From the NCBI GenBank assembly GCA_964404855.1, contig CAYOLO010000001.1, positions 297,322 to 361,321 of the forward strand: a DNA stretch of 64,000 nucleotides. Direction: 5' to 3'. This DNA is from an uncultured Gammaproteobacteria bacterium (GTDB taxonomy: Bacteria > Patescibacteriota > Microgenomatia > CAYQLK01). The translations under genes were made by a program, and so were the position numbers. Every line of letters begins with the position of its first letter. The first letter of the stretch is position 1. The notes beneath the pieces were generated by a model. That model searched no databases. It saw only the letters and a list, made by a program, of their open reading frames with translations, and had not been told where the DNA came from. Shown here piece by piece: positions 20,001 through 28,940 of the stretch.

Positions 20001-22506
20001 CTCCAGATGTATTACCAATTGTGATTGTACCTGTGTAGGAGCTAGTTCCAAGGTTAATCGCGGTTGATCCTGATGTGTTAATGTCAAAAGTGCCGGTGGA
20101 GGTAACACCAGTAGCTCCAGTAATTGCACCAGCGCCTGTAATGTCAAGGGAAGCTGTGTTGAGGAAGTTTGATACAGTTCCTGATATTTCGATAGCGTCT
20201 GTTAGGGTGCCCGAGGTATTGGTAATCATGAGCGCGTTGCTTAAGTTGCTTGAAGCAGCATTGTTTTCAATAAAAATTCCGTTCGTAACAGTTTCTGGAG
20301 TTTTAAGGTTCTCTACCTTGAATAAGGTATCAAAAGCACCAGTGGTAGCTGTGTCGGCTTGGGTTATAAGCATTCCATTAAGTGTGCCAGTTGCGCCTGT
20401 TCCGCTTGGCGTAAGGGTATATGTGTAGCCCGTAGTTGTGGCATCTGTTGTTGGTGTAAAGTTTTGAGCCCAAGTGTAAGTTGCTTGGTTTAGGATAAGG
20501 TTGGCATCGAGATCAAGGGTGTCAGCAAAATCTACAAAGTCAAGAGAGTTGGACGAAGAAGTGGAGTTACAGTTGCCATAGGTTGGTTGGTTACCTGTGC
20601 CGTTGCTTTTAAGACAATCTCCAGATGTGGCGCTTGGGTTGACCTGGTTAAGTACACCACCAGAGGCAATAGTGATAACTGAGCCAACAGTGCTAAGCGA
20701 GGAGAAAGTAATTGTGCCAGAGGAGCTAAGTCCTGTGAATGTAGCTACGCCTGGACCTGTTACACTCCAGTTAGCATCAGAGATAGCAATGTTAGCACTG
20801 CCATTGCCAATGGTGGCTGTGCCTGAATATGAGCTTGTACCAATGTTGATAGCAGTTGAGCCTGATGTGTTGATGTCAAAAGTACCAGTGGAGGTAACAC
20901 CAGTAGCTCCAGTAATTGCACCAGCGCCTGTAATGTCAAGGGAAGCTGTGTTGAGGAAGTTTGATACAGTTCCTGATATTTCGATAGCGTCTGTTAGAGT
21001 TCCAGCTGTGTTGGTAATGTTAATACCATTACTGAGCGTACCTGAGGCTGCATTGTTTTCGATATAAAGCCCGTTTGTGGTTGTTTCTGGAGTTTTAAGG
21101 TTTTCAAGTTTTAGTAGAGAGTCAAAAACGCCTGTATTAGCATTGTCGGATTGAGATATCACAAAACCTTGAAGTGTGCCCGAAGAACCTGTACCTGTTG
21201 GATTGAGTGTGAGCGAGGCTGCGTTTATGGTTGCATCAGAAGTAGGAGTATTAGTGATTTGAATATTGGATCCTTCACCGTTGGTCACGATTAAGTCACC
21301 TGTGCCGTTCGGCGCAAGTGTTAGCGAACCATTGCTGTTAGTGCCAATTGTGGCTGCGCCGCTGAAAATTAGGTTGCCCGAAGAATCTAGAACAGGAACT
21401 TGATTAATATCTGGTGTTTGTGAAGGGAAATAACCAGCTAGAGCGTCGGCGTTAAGTGCATAAGCACTAGAAACTATTCTTTGCCTTGGGGTCATTTCTG
21501 AATCGGCACCGACAGTGACTCCTAGATACAAAGTAGCATTCTCACTAAATAGAGTGCTAGGAATTGTTGTATCTGCAGCACCTGTGTCTCCAAGTAGGAC
21601 TGAAAAAATACCATTCGAGTCTGGTGTAATATTCCAAGTTTTTGATGTCCATTGAGCACTCCCACCTGATGACACAGTGTAGATTTTGAACACAAAGTCG
21701 GTAGCAGAAGTTATTGGAGAACCTGAAGCGTTAGTAATTCGACCTTGGAAAGAAAGAATTCTTGGAGGAGCAACAGCGGCAAGAACTTGACCTTCAAGTG
21801 GGGATGGTTGTGGCGTTTCAAGACTGATTTGGGTTCGGTTGGGGGTAAGCATGAATGTTGATCCAGAGATAACTAGCGCCATTGTGGCGAGCCCAAGGAA
21901 TATTTTTTGTGAGAAGTGTAATTTGGATTTTTTGGTTAGGGTTTTTTGTGGTAAGCCGAGGAGATCTGTTAGTGGCTTGTAAGAAAAACCCCATTTTTTA
22001 AGTTTTTCAAGCTCTTGAGAGAGAGCAAGAAGGCTGATTGCAGCTCCGACAGTCTGCGTTTCGGAGCTGCTGACAGCTTGATTTGCATTGTTTGCCTCAA
22101 TGCTGGCTGTGTTTGTAACTATCTGCTCTGTGGAGTGGTTTGTCAGGTGTGAAAACCCGTTTGCCTCAAACCATTTTGAGAGAGATTTTAGAAATTTGAT
22201 TTGTCGAGAAAGTGTGGATTTAGCAAACTTGTTCTGAACATCCTTGTGGTAGAGCTCGATTGTTTCAATATCGAGTTTGGGATAGTTGGTTCGATTTTGT
22301 TTAATCGACCAAATGACGAATTTCTTTAAATCGGAGCGGTAATTACTATAAGTTGATTTGGATGTTGACGAGAGGGCGAGTGTTTCGAAGTAACCTTTGG
22401 AAGCGTTGAGTATACCAAGAGCAAACTCTTTTTTGGAGTTTTGGACAGGTTTATTTATAGTGCTGGCAGGTATCTTAAGGCCTGAGGCAAACAGGACTTT
22501 TTTCAT
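17092..22506 (-). CDS. ~1800-aa protein: N-terminal phage-integrase SAM-like domain, TM, long fibre/adhesin ectodomain
   Basis: SKSTYSNYRSDLKKFVIW..AKSTLSRQIKFLKSLSKW; TM; ILSFQGRIT..EMTPRQRIVSSAYALNADAL; Gly/Thr/Ser beta repeats. Confidence 0.85.
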   Translation of the reverse strand: MKKVLFASGLKIPASTINKPVQNSKKEFALGILNASKGYFETLALSSTSKSTYSNYRSDLKKFVIWSIKQNRTNYPKLDIETIELYHKDVQNKFAKSTLSRQIKFLKSLSKWFEANGFSHLTNHSTEQIVTNTASIEANNANQAVSSSETQTVGAAISLLALSQELEKLKKWGFSYKPLTDLLGLPQKTLTKKSKLHFSQKIFLGLATMALVISGSTFMLTPNRTQISLETPQPSPLEGQVLAAVAPPRILSFQGRITNASGSPITSATDFVFKIYTVSSGGSAQWTSKTWNITPDSNGIFSVLLGDTGAADTTIPSTLFSENATLYLGVTVGADSEMTPRQRIVSSAYALNADALAGYFPSQTPDINQVPVLDSSGNLIFSGAATIGTNSNGSLTLAPNGTGDLIVTNGEGSNIQITNTPTSDATINAASLTLNPTGTGSSGTLQGFVISQSDNANTGVFDSLLKLENLKTPETTTNGLYIENNAASGTLSNGINITNTAGTLTDAIEISGTVSNFLNTASLDITGAGAITGATGVTSTGTFDINTSGSTAINIGTSSYSGTATIGNGSANIAISDANWSVTGPGVATFTGLSSSGTITFSSLSTVGSVITIASGGVLNQVNPSATSGDCLKSNGTGNQPTYGNCNSTSSSNSLDFVDFADTLDLDANLILNQATYTWAQNFTPTTDATTTGYTYTLTPSGTGATGTLNGMLITQADTATTGAFDTLFKVENLKTPETVTNGIFIENNAASSNLSNALMITNTSGTLTDAIEISGTVSNFLNTASLDITGAGAITGATGVTSTGTFDINTSGSTAINLGTSSYTGTITIGNTSGANALNLRAGSGNFTLDGVAGTTYTVGASTTTGTMTFGGTAQTGLLTLGQSSGTNTVAIGSGTGATTVQIATGATNAKTVQIGTGAVANTITIGSASTTNLSITDDNWSISTAGLITTASDVAVNGGDITTTASTLNIDVANNGIFNFRDGTNNLLRILDTANSDGGEIFSATGAIYADISGTGVAIINSATSGTSDTTAKYQSFTPDTPMSVTAVVAKILSTNGTEEAVACIYDNNSDAPGTLIAMSNQTLNISSTISHVRFSFNTAVPLLGNNKYVLQIALQNTGVGAGCTTTTSSAWQWAVSASDIYSGGRSEASASTDYLFTMEASKNTNHGFFSNSTTVNSATAVKTQSFTPAADIYLSTVQAKISMAGATEEASVCIYDENGSDGAGTLLAGPYQTLNIGSAVTWARFVLTTPVLVQAGSKYVLQVAGQNDGVGASCTTTTSSAWGWVRDTSASYLGGRNNNSATEDSHFVLESSPVASTITLTNGSVIQSNDPTNGEINFGDGTLKVDFGTIDPPYFIDGTKYATYVASMTGQKEETTGVANLTRPEGSTGNFSYQINFPELETSSDLGLFYRITDFGQNMKDLVVLLSANDSRAKVWYERDPANNRLTIFGNCNCEISYRLTAPRFDHEKWGNVANKQDGRGFVPGEAPNYSTSEETEFTEEEILSEITQIQDIIEATNIVANDSITIGQTTLSEENLKLLIGINGSIDGEENSEVTPNNQQVEAQGPITREEIDKMITDAIASSSAVLGASESAQPESSQSAELENQEPQDLTVINLTVEQQATFKDEVEFLNSVSLSNTNIAGSLSQDGIFTLDTTADGLGSQLNVLSGTLYLQNLPTSGGLDLLRGSLVIDTEGLVKIAKLETKDLTVSTITVKGDEENPLNRIAGNTLLTSGYDLFDVETTAVTENSIILLTVEGDLPVAVSVTEKLAGIGFRVKLAQVQTVDLTVSYLIINQELSLN

Positions 22507-22897
22507 TGTCAATTGATTTTGAAGCTAGTTATAACTCTAAAAGGCAAATTTTAGATACGTTTTATAACTGTCTATAACTCCAGTTTATGAGGCTAAAATG
22601 AAACTTGCAACAGGCAGTTTTAAATTAATTTTAAATGGATAAATTTTGTCTACGAATTGATTATTTTTTTTAAAAAACTATCGGTTATTTTTAAAACTTG
22701 ATCTGTGAATCAAAAATTTAGAGTGTTGTAGTAATAAGTCCAAATTAGATCTTGGCAAAACTAGGTAGGGCGGTAAGTTTGCAGTAGAAATTTAGATGTA
22801 AAAAATTTGTATATTATAGTCTCTTTAAATTGTTTTTGATTCTTAAAAATATCTGTTTGATATATTTAGTATTAGTTTTTGAAAAAATGAAATGAAT

Positions 22898-23428
22898 TTA
22901 ATCCTTATTCTTGAACGCTTTGAATTTGGTAATACCAAGATAGATTACTGTTAATGAAAGAATGCCGATAATTATTCCAGCTAAGAAGTGATTATTTTGA
23001 ATCGCGAATAATAATTTTAGTGGGGCGTTAAGAATAGTGGTTGGAGATTCTGGATTAAGTAATCGATAAAGAGCGATTTGTTGTTTTTCTAATTCGTCTA
23101 TTTTGTCAATTATTTCATCTTTTTCGGGAGGGGTTAGTGGTTTGCCTTTAGTAGGAGTAGGTATAGCAGTTGGAGTCGGTGTAGGGGTGCTGGTGGGTCC
23201 AGGAGTAGGTGTAGATGTTGGTCCTGGGGTTGGTGTTGAAGTGGTGCCTGGAACTGGTGTAGGGGTTGGTGTCGGTGTCGGTGTTGGGGTTGCTGTTGGA
23301 CAAATATTTACACAAGCTGTGGTGTTGACGTCTTCAGCGCGAACTTCTGTTTGAATAATAAACAGTAGTACTAGTGATAGTAGTGGAATGGTTAGTTTGG
23401 GCAGCATTTGGGCAATATTATACTGCAT
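22898..23428 (-). CDS. small Pro/Thr-rich membrane protein
   Basis: signal peptide, PT repeats, C-terminal TM with basic tail. Confidence 0.75.
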   Translation of the reverse strand: MQYNIAQMLPKLTIPLLSLVLLFIIQTEVRAEDVNTTACVNICPTATPTPTPTPTPTPVPGTTSTPTPGPTSTPTPGPTSTPTPTPTAIPTPTKGKPLTPPEKDEIIDKIDELEKQQIALYRLLNPESPTTILNAPLKLLFAIQNNHFLAGIIIGILSLTVIYLGITKFKAFKNKD

Positions 23429-23468
23429 AGATTTTGACCATATTTAACCAAAATAAATGTTGTAAGGT

Positions 23469-23500
23469 CAAAAAAAAACACTCCCCGAGTGCAGGAGTGC
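23469..23500 (-). terminator. intrinsic terminator of the WxL-like operon
   Basis: minus strand GCACTCC..GGAGTGT stem plus T tract. Confidence 0.75.
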
Positions 23501-23508
23501 TTTAAGAT

Positions 23509-23545
23509 GAACCGAACCGAACCGAACCGAACCGAACCGAACCGA
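23509..23545. repeat. (GAACC)7 pentanucleotide microsatellite
   Basis: seven perfect GAACC units plus GA. Confidence 0.95.
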
Positions 23546-23596
23546 GCTAAAAATATTGAACAAGTTGCAAGTGCGAGGCAGTAGATATTTAAGATG

Positions 23597-24652
23597 TTAC
23601 TTCTTCTTTTGAATCTCTGCAATAATCTTGCGGCGGTATGCTCTCAGTGCGAGAACTATCAGCATAACGACTACCGCGATTGCAAGTCCAGCGACGGATA
23701 GAGCCTTCCAAGGGATTACCCAGAACGAAGTGCTTGAGCTTACAATGTCATTTTTGAGTCCGTAGCTAGCAATAACTTCTACGGTGTATTTTCCGAAACC
23801 AAATTCTGGATTGAATTTGCCAACGAAACTTCTGACTGCTCCTGGAAGAACCGAAAGGGCAGAGTTGTTAAATGATTCTCTAGAAACTTCGTTGCCGAAC
23901 ATGTTACGGACTATAATGTCTCCAGCAGGGGTAAGATGGACAGAACCTGAGTTTTCAAGTCTGGCTTCGATACTTACTGGTCCAGATTCGTACATAGACT
24001 TGTCTGTTTTGATGCTTGAGATAGAGAGAGCCTCTTCAACATCTCCAGAAACTCTAACTAAAACGACTGGTCCGGTTCTGGTAATAACTTTCGAACCAGT
24101 TCCAGCTGCTTTTTCAGGAGGAGTGGTGGTTATAAAAACAGCGCCAAAATGTCCGCCTGGTTCAGCGTCTTTTGGAACAGCGATTGAGAAACTAAAAGCT
24201 TCAGAAGATTTTGGATCAATGGTAACTTGAGTTTTTGAAGCTCTGATCCAACTAGCTAATGCGTATTGATTATTAAGTGGTGATTCAGAAAATACAGCAT
24301 CACCGTTTTCGTTAATTGTTTCAATATCAGCGAGAGTTACGTAGTATGTAAGCGGGTCGTCTGATTTGTTGTCGATAACAACTTGGTGAGAACTGGTTTG
24401 ACCAGGGTCTAGGTTGAGATCAAACTTGATTGGCGAGAATGTGATGTTGGTTTCAGCAACCTGCTGTTGAGCGGCTTGAGGTTGTGCTGAAGGAGTTGAT
24501 GCACTTGGTACTCCAATTGGTGTTAATGAATTATTTTCGGATTTGAGTGGTTGAGAAGAAGGGTTGGTTTGAGCTAGTACTGGTGAGGTAGCAAGCGAAA
24601 CTATAAAAGCGGACGAAGCCAATGTAATGGCTAGTTTTTTGGGCAGATTCAT
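23597..24652 (-). CDS. DUF916/WxL-interacting-like two-Ig-domain membrane protein
   Basis: signal peptide, SPIKFDLNLDPG, LASWI, VPKDAEPGGHFGAV, LENSGSVHL, FWVIPWK-TM-basic tail. Confidence 0.8.
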   Translation of the reverse strand: MNLPKKLAITLASSAFIVSLATSPVLAQTNPSSQPLKSENNSLTPIGVPSASTPSAQPQAAQQQVAETNITFSPIKFDLNLDPGQTSSHQVVIDNKSDDPLTYYVTLADIETINENGDAVFSESPLNNQYALASWIRASKTQVTIDPKSSEAFSFSIAVPKDAEPGGHFGAVFITTTPPEKAAGTGSKVITRTGPVVLVRVSGDVEEALSISSIKTDKSMYESGPVSIEARLENSGSVHLTPAGDIIVRNMFGNEVSRESFNNSALSVLPGAVRSFVGKFNPEFGFGKYTVEVIASYGLKNDIVSSSTSFWVIPWKALSVAGLAIAVVVMLIVLALRAYRRKIIAEIQKKK

Positions 24653-24688
24653 ATTTGTTTTTTTAATTATATATATAAAAATTACAAA

Positions 24689-25744
24689 TTAAAAGATACC
24701 ATAACTAGTATAAGTTAGGGTATTCGTATAGGTACCGGCAGGTTGTGTACCAGTGATTTCTAGCGAGTAGCCAATATCTGCAGTTCCACCAGCTCCTGTG
24801 CCGTTTACAGGTCCACCAGCGTCAAATATTTTGTAAGAAGTTGTACCAGTGAATCCTCCAAATATTGTTCCAGTTGTGTCAAAAGCAGAACCTGATACCA
24901 CATCGGTAGAGGTAAAGCCAAAATGACCCCCTGAAGTTGGTGTGGACCAAGTTGTTTCTGAGTTAAGAGCAGGCGGGGTACCATCATCGAATGAGTTAAT
25001 AGTGTCAGCAGTACCGTTAGTTAGGTTAGCTGACTGTCTAACTGAAGTATTGTGACCGTTAGATGCGTTAGTAGAGACCGTTAGTGTGTGGCAGTGGGTG
25101 TATTGAGTAGCAGTTGATAATGCAACTCCGTTATTGAAGTTAATTGAAGAGGCAGTAGTCCCACTTGATTCACAAGTGTCTCCACCGGAACCAACTGTGC
25201 CAGAGCTTTTGGCGGCTATTGTGAAGTCGTATGTTGCGTTGATTGTGGCGGTAACAGTAACTTGATCTTCTGTTAAGACATCAACGGCAACATTGGAAGA
25301 ATCTTCGTAAGTTCCATCGTTGTTGGCGTCTGTTTCGACTGTGATTACATAAGTAGCAGCCGAAGGGTTAGTGCTAGCTGGAACAACAAAGGTAACAGTA
25401 TCACCGGCATCACAGCTTGAAACAGAGGTGATTGTGCTAGCAAAAGGGCTAGCGCCATTGAATATACCAGCAGTTCCTGCACAAGACCCGTTACCGGTGA
25501 ATGTTGGAGTTAGTGAACCAAACGAAAAGTCGGCAGTAGTTAGTCTGACTCTAGAGGTTGAGCCGAGAGTAGAAGCTAGAGTAAAGGTAAAAGTATGAGT
25601 TGAAGATACGCCAGTTTTAAGCCTGGACATATTGTCAGAAACATCGACTAGTGCGGCAGCTCTGGCAGTCTTGGGCGGGACAAGTGTAAGTAGAATGCTA
25701 ACTATTGGCAGAATAGCAAGAAGTGATAGCTTAGAAATTTTCAT
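24689..25744 (-). CDS. secreted two-domain pilin/WxL-like subunit, paralogue A
   Basis: signal peptide; C-terminal QPAGTYTNTLTYTSYGIF. Confidence 0.8.
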   Translation of the reverse strand: MKISKLSLLAILPIVSILLTLVPPKTARAAALVDVSDNMSRLKTGVSSTHTFTFTLASTLGSTSRVRLTTADFSFGSLTPTFTGNGSCAGTAGIFNGASPFASTITSVSSCDAGDTVTFVVPASTNPSAATYVITVETDANNDGTYEDSSNVAVDVLTEDQVTVTATINATYDFTIAAKSSGTVGSGGDTCESSGTTASSINFNNGVALSTATQYTHCHTLTVSTNASNGHNTSVRQSANLTNGTADTINSFDDGTPPALNSETTWSTPTSGGHFGFTSTDVVSGSAFDTTGTIFGGFTGTTSYKIFDAGGPVNGTGAGGTADIGYSLEITGTQPAGTYTNTLTYTSYGIF

Positions 25745-25747
25745 GGT

Positions 25748-26809
25748 CTAAAAAATACCGTAGCTAGTGTAGGTGAGAGTGTTGGTGTAAGTACCAGGCT
25801 CCTGTGTACCAAGGATTTCTAGAGAGTAACCGACATTACTAGCAAAGGCGCTAACAGCAGCTGATTCGTCCTGAATCTTGTAGGCAGTGGTACCAGTGAA
25901 CCCGGCAAAGCTTGTGCCGACGGATGAGAAAGATGACCCACCCCAAGTATCACTGGAAGCAAAGCCGAAATGACCTGGTGAGGTAGGTGTTGACCAAGTT
26001 GTTTCTGAGCCAACTGAAGGTGGTGTACCATCATCAAACGAGTTGATAGTGTCTGAGGTACCGTTGGTTAGGTTAGCAGATTGGGCAACAAAGCTTCTAA
26101 AACCAGCAGTAGCGTTAGTGGAGACTGTTAAAGTATGACAGTGAGTGTATTGGGTTGAAGTCGAAAGATTAACACCGTTGTTGAAGTTAATTGAAGAAGC
26201 AGTCGTTCCACTCGATTCGCAAGTGTCACCACCAGAACCAACAGTACCAGATGTTTTGGCAGTAACAGCAAAGTCAAAAGTAGCACCAATTGAAGCTGAA
26301 ACAGTAACTTGATCCTCAGTTAAGATGTCAACGGCAACATTAGACGAGTCTCCGTCTGTGTAGGTGCCGTCGTTGTTAGGGTCAGTTTCAATAACGAATA
26401 CATAAGTAGCAGCTGCAGGGTTGGAAATAGCTGATGTTGTAAGCGTGACCACATCACCTGAACCACAACCAGAAACAGAAGTAAGGTTGGTAACATTTGA
26501 TGACCAAGCGCCGGTTGTAGCTGAACAGCCACCTGTAGCAGAGAAACCTGGGGTACCGGTGTAGGAGAAGCTTGCTTGGGTGATTCTTATTTTAGATGAG
26601 CTACCAAGAGTAGTGGATAAAGTGAATGTCCAAGTGTGGGTGGCAGAAACACCAGTTTTTTGACGGGAAAGGGCATTGCTAACACTCGTAAGTGAGGCTG
26701 CGGCTGTTTGTTTGGGGGTAAGCGTAATTAAAGTGGTCGAAAGAACAACTGCAATAAGGCAGAGTACCGATAGTTTTTTAACGGTTTTGGTTGTTTGGCG
26801 CAGTCGCAT
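25748..26809 (-). CDS. secreted two-domain pilin/WxL-like subunit, paralogue B
   Basis: signal peptide; C-terminal QEPGTYTNTLTYTSYGIF. Confidence 0.8.
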   Translation of the reverse strand: MRLRQTTKTVKKLSVLCLIAVVLSTTLITLTPKQTAAASLTSVSNALSRQKTGVSATHTWTFTLSTTLGSSSKIRITQASFSYTGTPGFSATGGCSATTGAWSSNVTNLTSVSGCGSGDVVTLTTSAISNPAAATYVFVIETDPNNDGTYTDGDSSNVAVDILTEDQVTVSASIGATFDFAVTAKTSGTVGSGGDTCESSGTTASSINFNNGVNLSTSTQYTHCHTLTVSTNATAGFRSFVAQSANLTNGTSDTINSFDDGTPPSVGSETTWSTPTSPGHFGFASSDTWGGSSFSSVGTSFAGFTGTTAYKIQDESAAVSAFASNVGYSLEILGTQEPGTYTNTLTYTSYGIF

Positions 26810-27505
26810 TCTTAATATAAAAAGATGTTATCCCAATGATTACAATTAGCTACTGGTTTGTCAATAACTGGAATTGGTTAATTTAACTTAACAATAAAAC
26901 TCTAAAAAATTCCGTAACTGGTGTAGGTAAGAGTGTTGGTGTAAGTACCAGGCTCCTGTGTACCAAGGATTTCTAGAGAGTAACCGACATTACTAGCAAA
27001 GGCGCTAACAGCAGCTGATTCGTCCTGAATCTTGTAGGCAGTGGTACCAGTGAACCCGGCAAAGCTTGTGCCGACGGATGAGAAAGATGACCCACCCCAA
27101 GTATCACTGGAAGCAAAGCCGAAATGACCTGGTGAGGTAGGTGTTGACCAAGTTGTTTCTGAGCCAACTGAAGGTGGTGTACCATCATCAAACGAGTTGA
27201 TAGTGTCTGAGGTACCGTTGGTTAGGTTAGCAGATTGGGCAACAAAGCTTCTAAAACCAGCAGTAGCGTTAGTGGAGACTGTTAAAGTATGACAGTGAGT
27301 GTATTGGGTTGAAGTCGAAAGATTAACACCGTTGTTGAAGTTAATTGAAGAAGCAGTCGTTCCACTCGATTCGCAAGTGTCACCACCAGAACCAACAGTA
27401 CCAGATGTTTTGGCAGTAACAGCAAAGTCAAAAGTAGCACCAATTGAAGCTGAAACAGTAACTTGATCTTCAGTTAAGATGTCAACGGCAACATTAGACG
27501 AGTCT
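25748..27505. repeat. ~600-bp near-identical direct repeat (25748-26351 and 26902-27505)
   Basis: offset 1154; identical C-terminal domains; only five synonymous differences seen, all near the ends. Confidence 0.9.
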
Positions 27506-27981
27506 TCGTATGTTCCATCGTTGTTAGCGTCGGTTTCTACAACAATGACATATGTGTTTGCGGCAGGATTTGTGCTAGCTGGAACAGTAAAAGTAACGGT
27601 GTCACCAGAATCACAGCTTGTAACAGAGGTTATGGAGCTAACAAAAGGGCTAGAACCGTTAAAGACACCAGCTGTTCCAGCACAAGAGTTGTTACCAGTA
27701 AATGTTGGAGTTAGTGAACCAAACGAAAAGCTAGAGGTGGTTAGTTTGACTCTAGAAGTGCCACCTAGAGTAGAGGCTAAAGTAAAAGTAAAAGTGTGAG
27801 TAGATGAAATACCAGTTTTTTGTCTGGACATTGCGTCAGTTACATTGACAAGGGAAGCAGCATTTACGGTTTTGCCACCGAACATGACGAAGTTAGGAAG
27901 ACCTATTAAAAGGGCAAGTACGAAAAGGAGCAGTTTTTTGAACTTATTCGTGTGAACTGACATTATTGTTATTATCATCAC
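26902..27981 (-). CDS. secreted two-domain pilin/WxL-like subunit, paralogue C
   Basis: N-domain resembles paralogue A, C-domain identical to paralogue B. Confidence 0.8.
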   Translation of the reverse strand: MMIITIMSVHTNKFKKLLLFVLALLIGLPNFVMFGGKTVNAASLVNVTDAMSRQKTGISSTHTFTFTLASTLGGTSRVKLTTSSFSFGSLTPTFTGNNSCAGTAGVFNGSSPFVSSITSVTSCDSGDTVTFTVPASTNPAANTYVIVVETDANNDGTYEDSSNVAVDILTEDQVTVSASIGATFDFAVTAKTSGTVGSGGDTCESSGTTASSINFNNGVNLSTSTQYTHCHTLTVSTNATAGFRSFVAQSANLTNGTSDTINSFDDGTPPSVGSETTWSTPTSPGHFGFASSDTWGGSSFSSVGTSFAGFTGTTAYKIQDESAAVSAFASNVGYSLEILGTQEPGTYTNTLTYTSYGIF

Positions 27982-27992
27982 AAAAAATATCT

Positions 27993-28925
27993 CTAGTTGT
28001 CAATTGGCTTTTTGGACTTTTTGAAGACTTTGATGCTAAGAATAATTGCAGTTAGTAAAAGTACTATTGTAATTAGTGGATAAGCGATATATCCAAGTGA
28101 GGGAATAATATAAATTGTGAATTCTTGAGATGTGTACTTAACACCATTGTCCCCAGTGACGGTGGAGCTTACCTTGTAGATGCCTGGAGTGGTGTCGGTT
28201 ATGTAGATTGCTGGTGGAATATTTTTTTCGAGAGTTGTTGTCATTTGTCTGACAGCTCCCGCTAAGATGTTTTGGGGAATAATCGGGATTATTTTTTGGC
28301 TTTTGCTATCAATTATCGAAGTCAAAACTATGGAACCTTCGATAGTTTGAAATTTATTTAGATTGTTTTGAACAGTGAGAGAAAGAGTAGATTTACCGAT
28401 TTGCTGAATTTTTTCTCCCGTTAAGGATATTTTGATATCACCTTCGATTTTTTTCTTGTCAAAAAGTGAAAGGATGATGTTTGAAGCTACAGACGGTTGG
28501 ATAGTAGCGGAGCTTTTTTTGGAATCAGGTTCAGGTGAAATTGGAGAGGCTAAAATTGCAAAATAAAAATCTTGTTCTTCAATTGTTTCAGGAACATTGA
28601 TGCGAAACCCGATTGTTTGATCTTCAGCACTGGTTGCTTTGGTAATTGGCGGGAAAAACTGCACCCATTTTGTAACAGGGTAGTTGGGGTTATCGGGTAA
28701 GAGTTTGATAAGGCCTTGAGTGCCATCGGCTTCAAATTGGCGAATGCTGAATTGATAAGTACTACCGGTATCGGCGGAAAACTTAAAAGTGCCATTAATG
28801 CCATTACCTGGTTTGCCTTTTATTTCGAAATGAGAGGGTTCAATCGCGACGGTCGAAGCATTAACTACATTATATATGGAGAAAAAAATTATTAAGCTAA
28901 AAAGCGGGGCAAGGACTTTTTTCAT
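27993..28925 (-). CDS. second DUF916-like Ig-domain membrane protein
   Basis: signal peptide, IEPSHFEIKGKPG, TKWV, FRINVPE, NILAGAVR, C-terminal TM with basic tail. Confidence 0.75.
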   Translation of the reverse strand: MKKVLAPLFSLIIFFSIYNVVNASTVAIEPSHFEIKGKPGNGINGTFKFSADTGSTYQFSIRQFEADGTQGLIKLLPDNPNYPVTKWVQFFPPITKATSAEDQTIGFRINVPETIEEQDFYFAILASPISPEPDSKKSSATIQPSVASNIILSLFDKKKIEGDIKISLTGEKIQQIGKSTLSLTVQNNLNKFQTIEGSIVLTSIIDSKSQKIIPIIPQNILAGAVRQMTTTLEKNIPPAIYITDTTPGIYKVSSTVTGDNGVKYTSQEFTIYIIPSLGYIAYPLITIVLLLTAIILSIKVFKKSKKPIDN

Positions 28926-28940
28926 TGGTTGTATTTTAGC

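Noticed and set aside
17092-22506. Functional tyrosine integrase / prophage at tRNA-Ala(GGC)
   Set aside because: No catalytic domain, no phage structural genes, and no duplicated tRNA 3' end found at the far side of the block.
25748-27505. Diversity-generating retroelement TR/VR pair
   Set aside because: The few differences are synonymous and not adenine-specific, the repeat is ~600 bp, and no reverse transcriptase is in the window.
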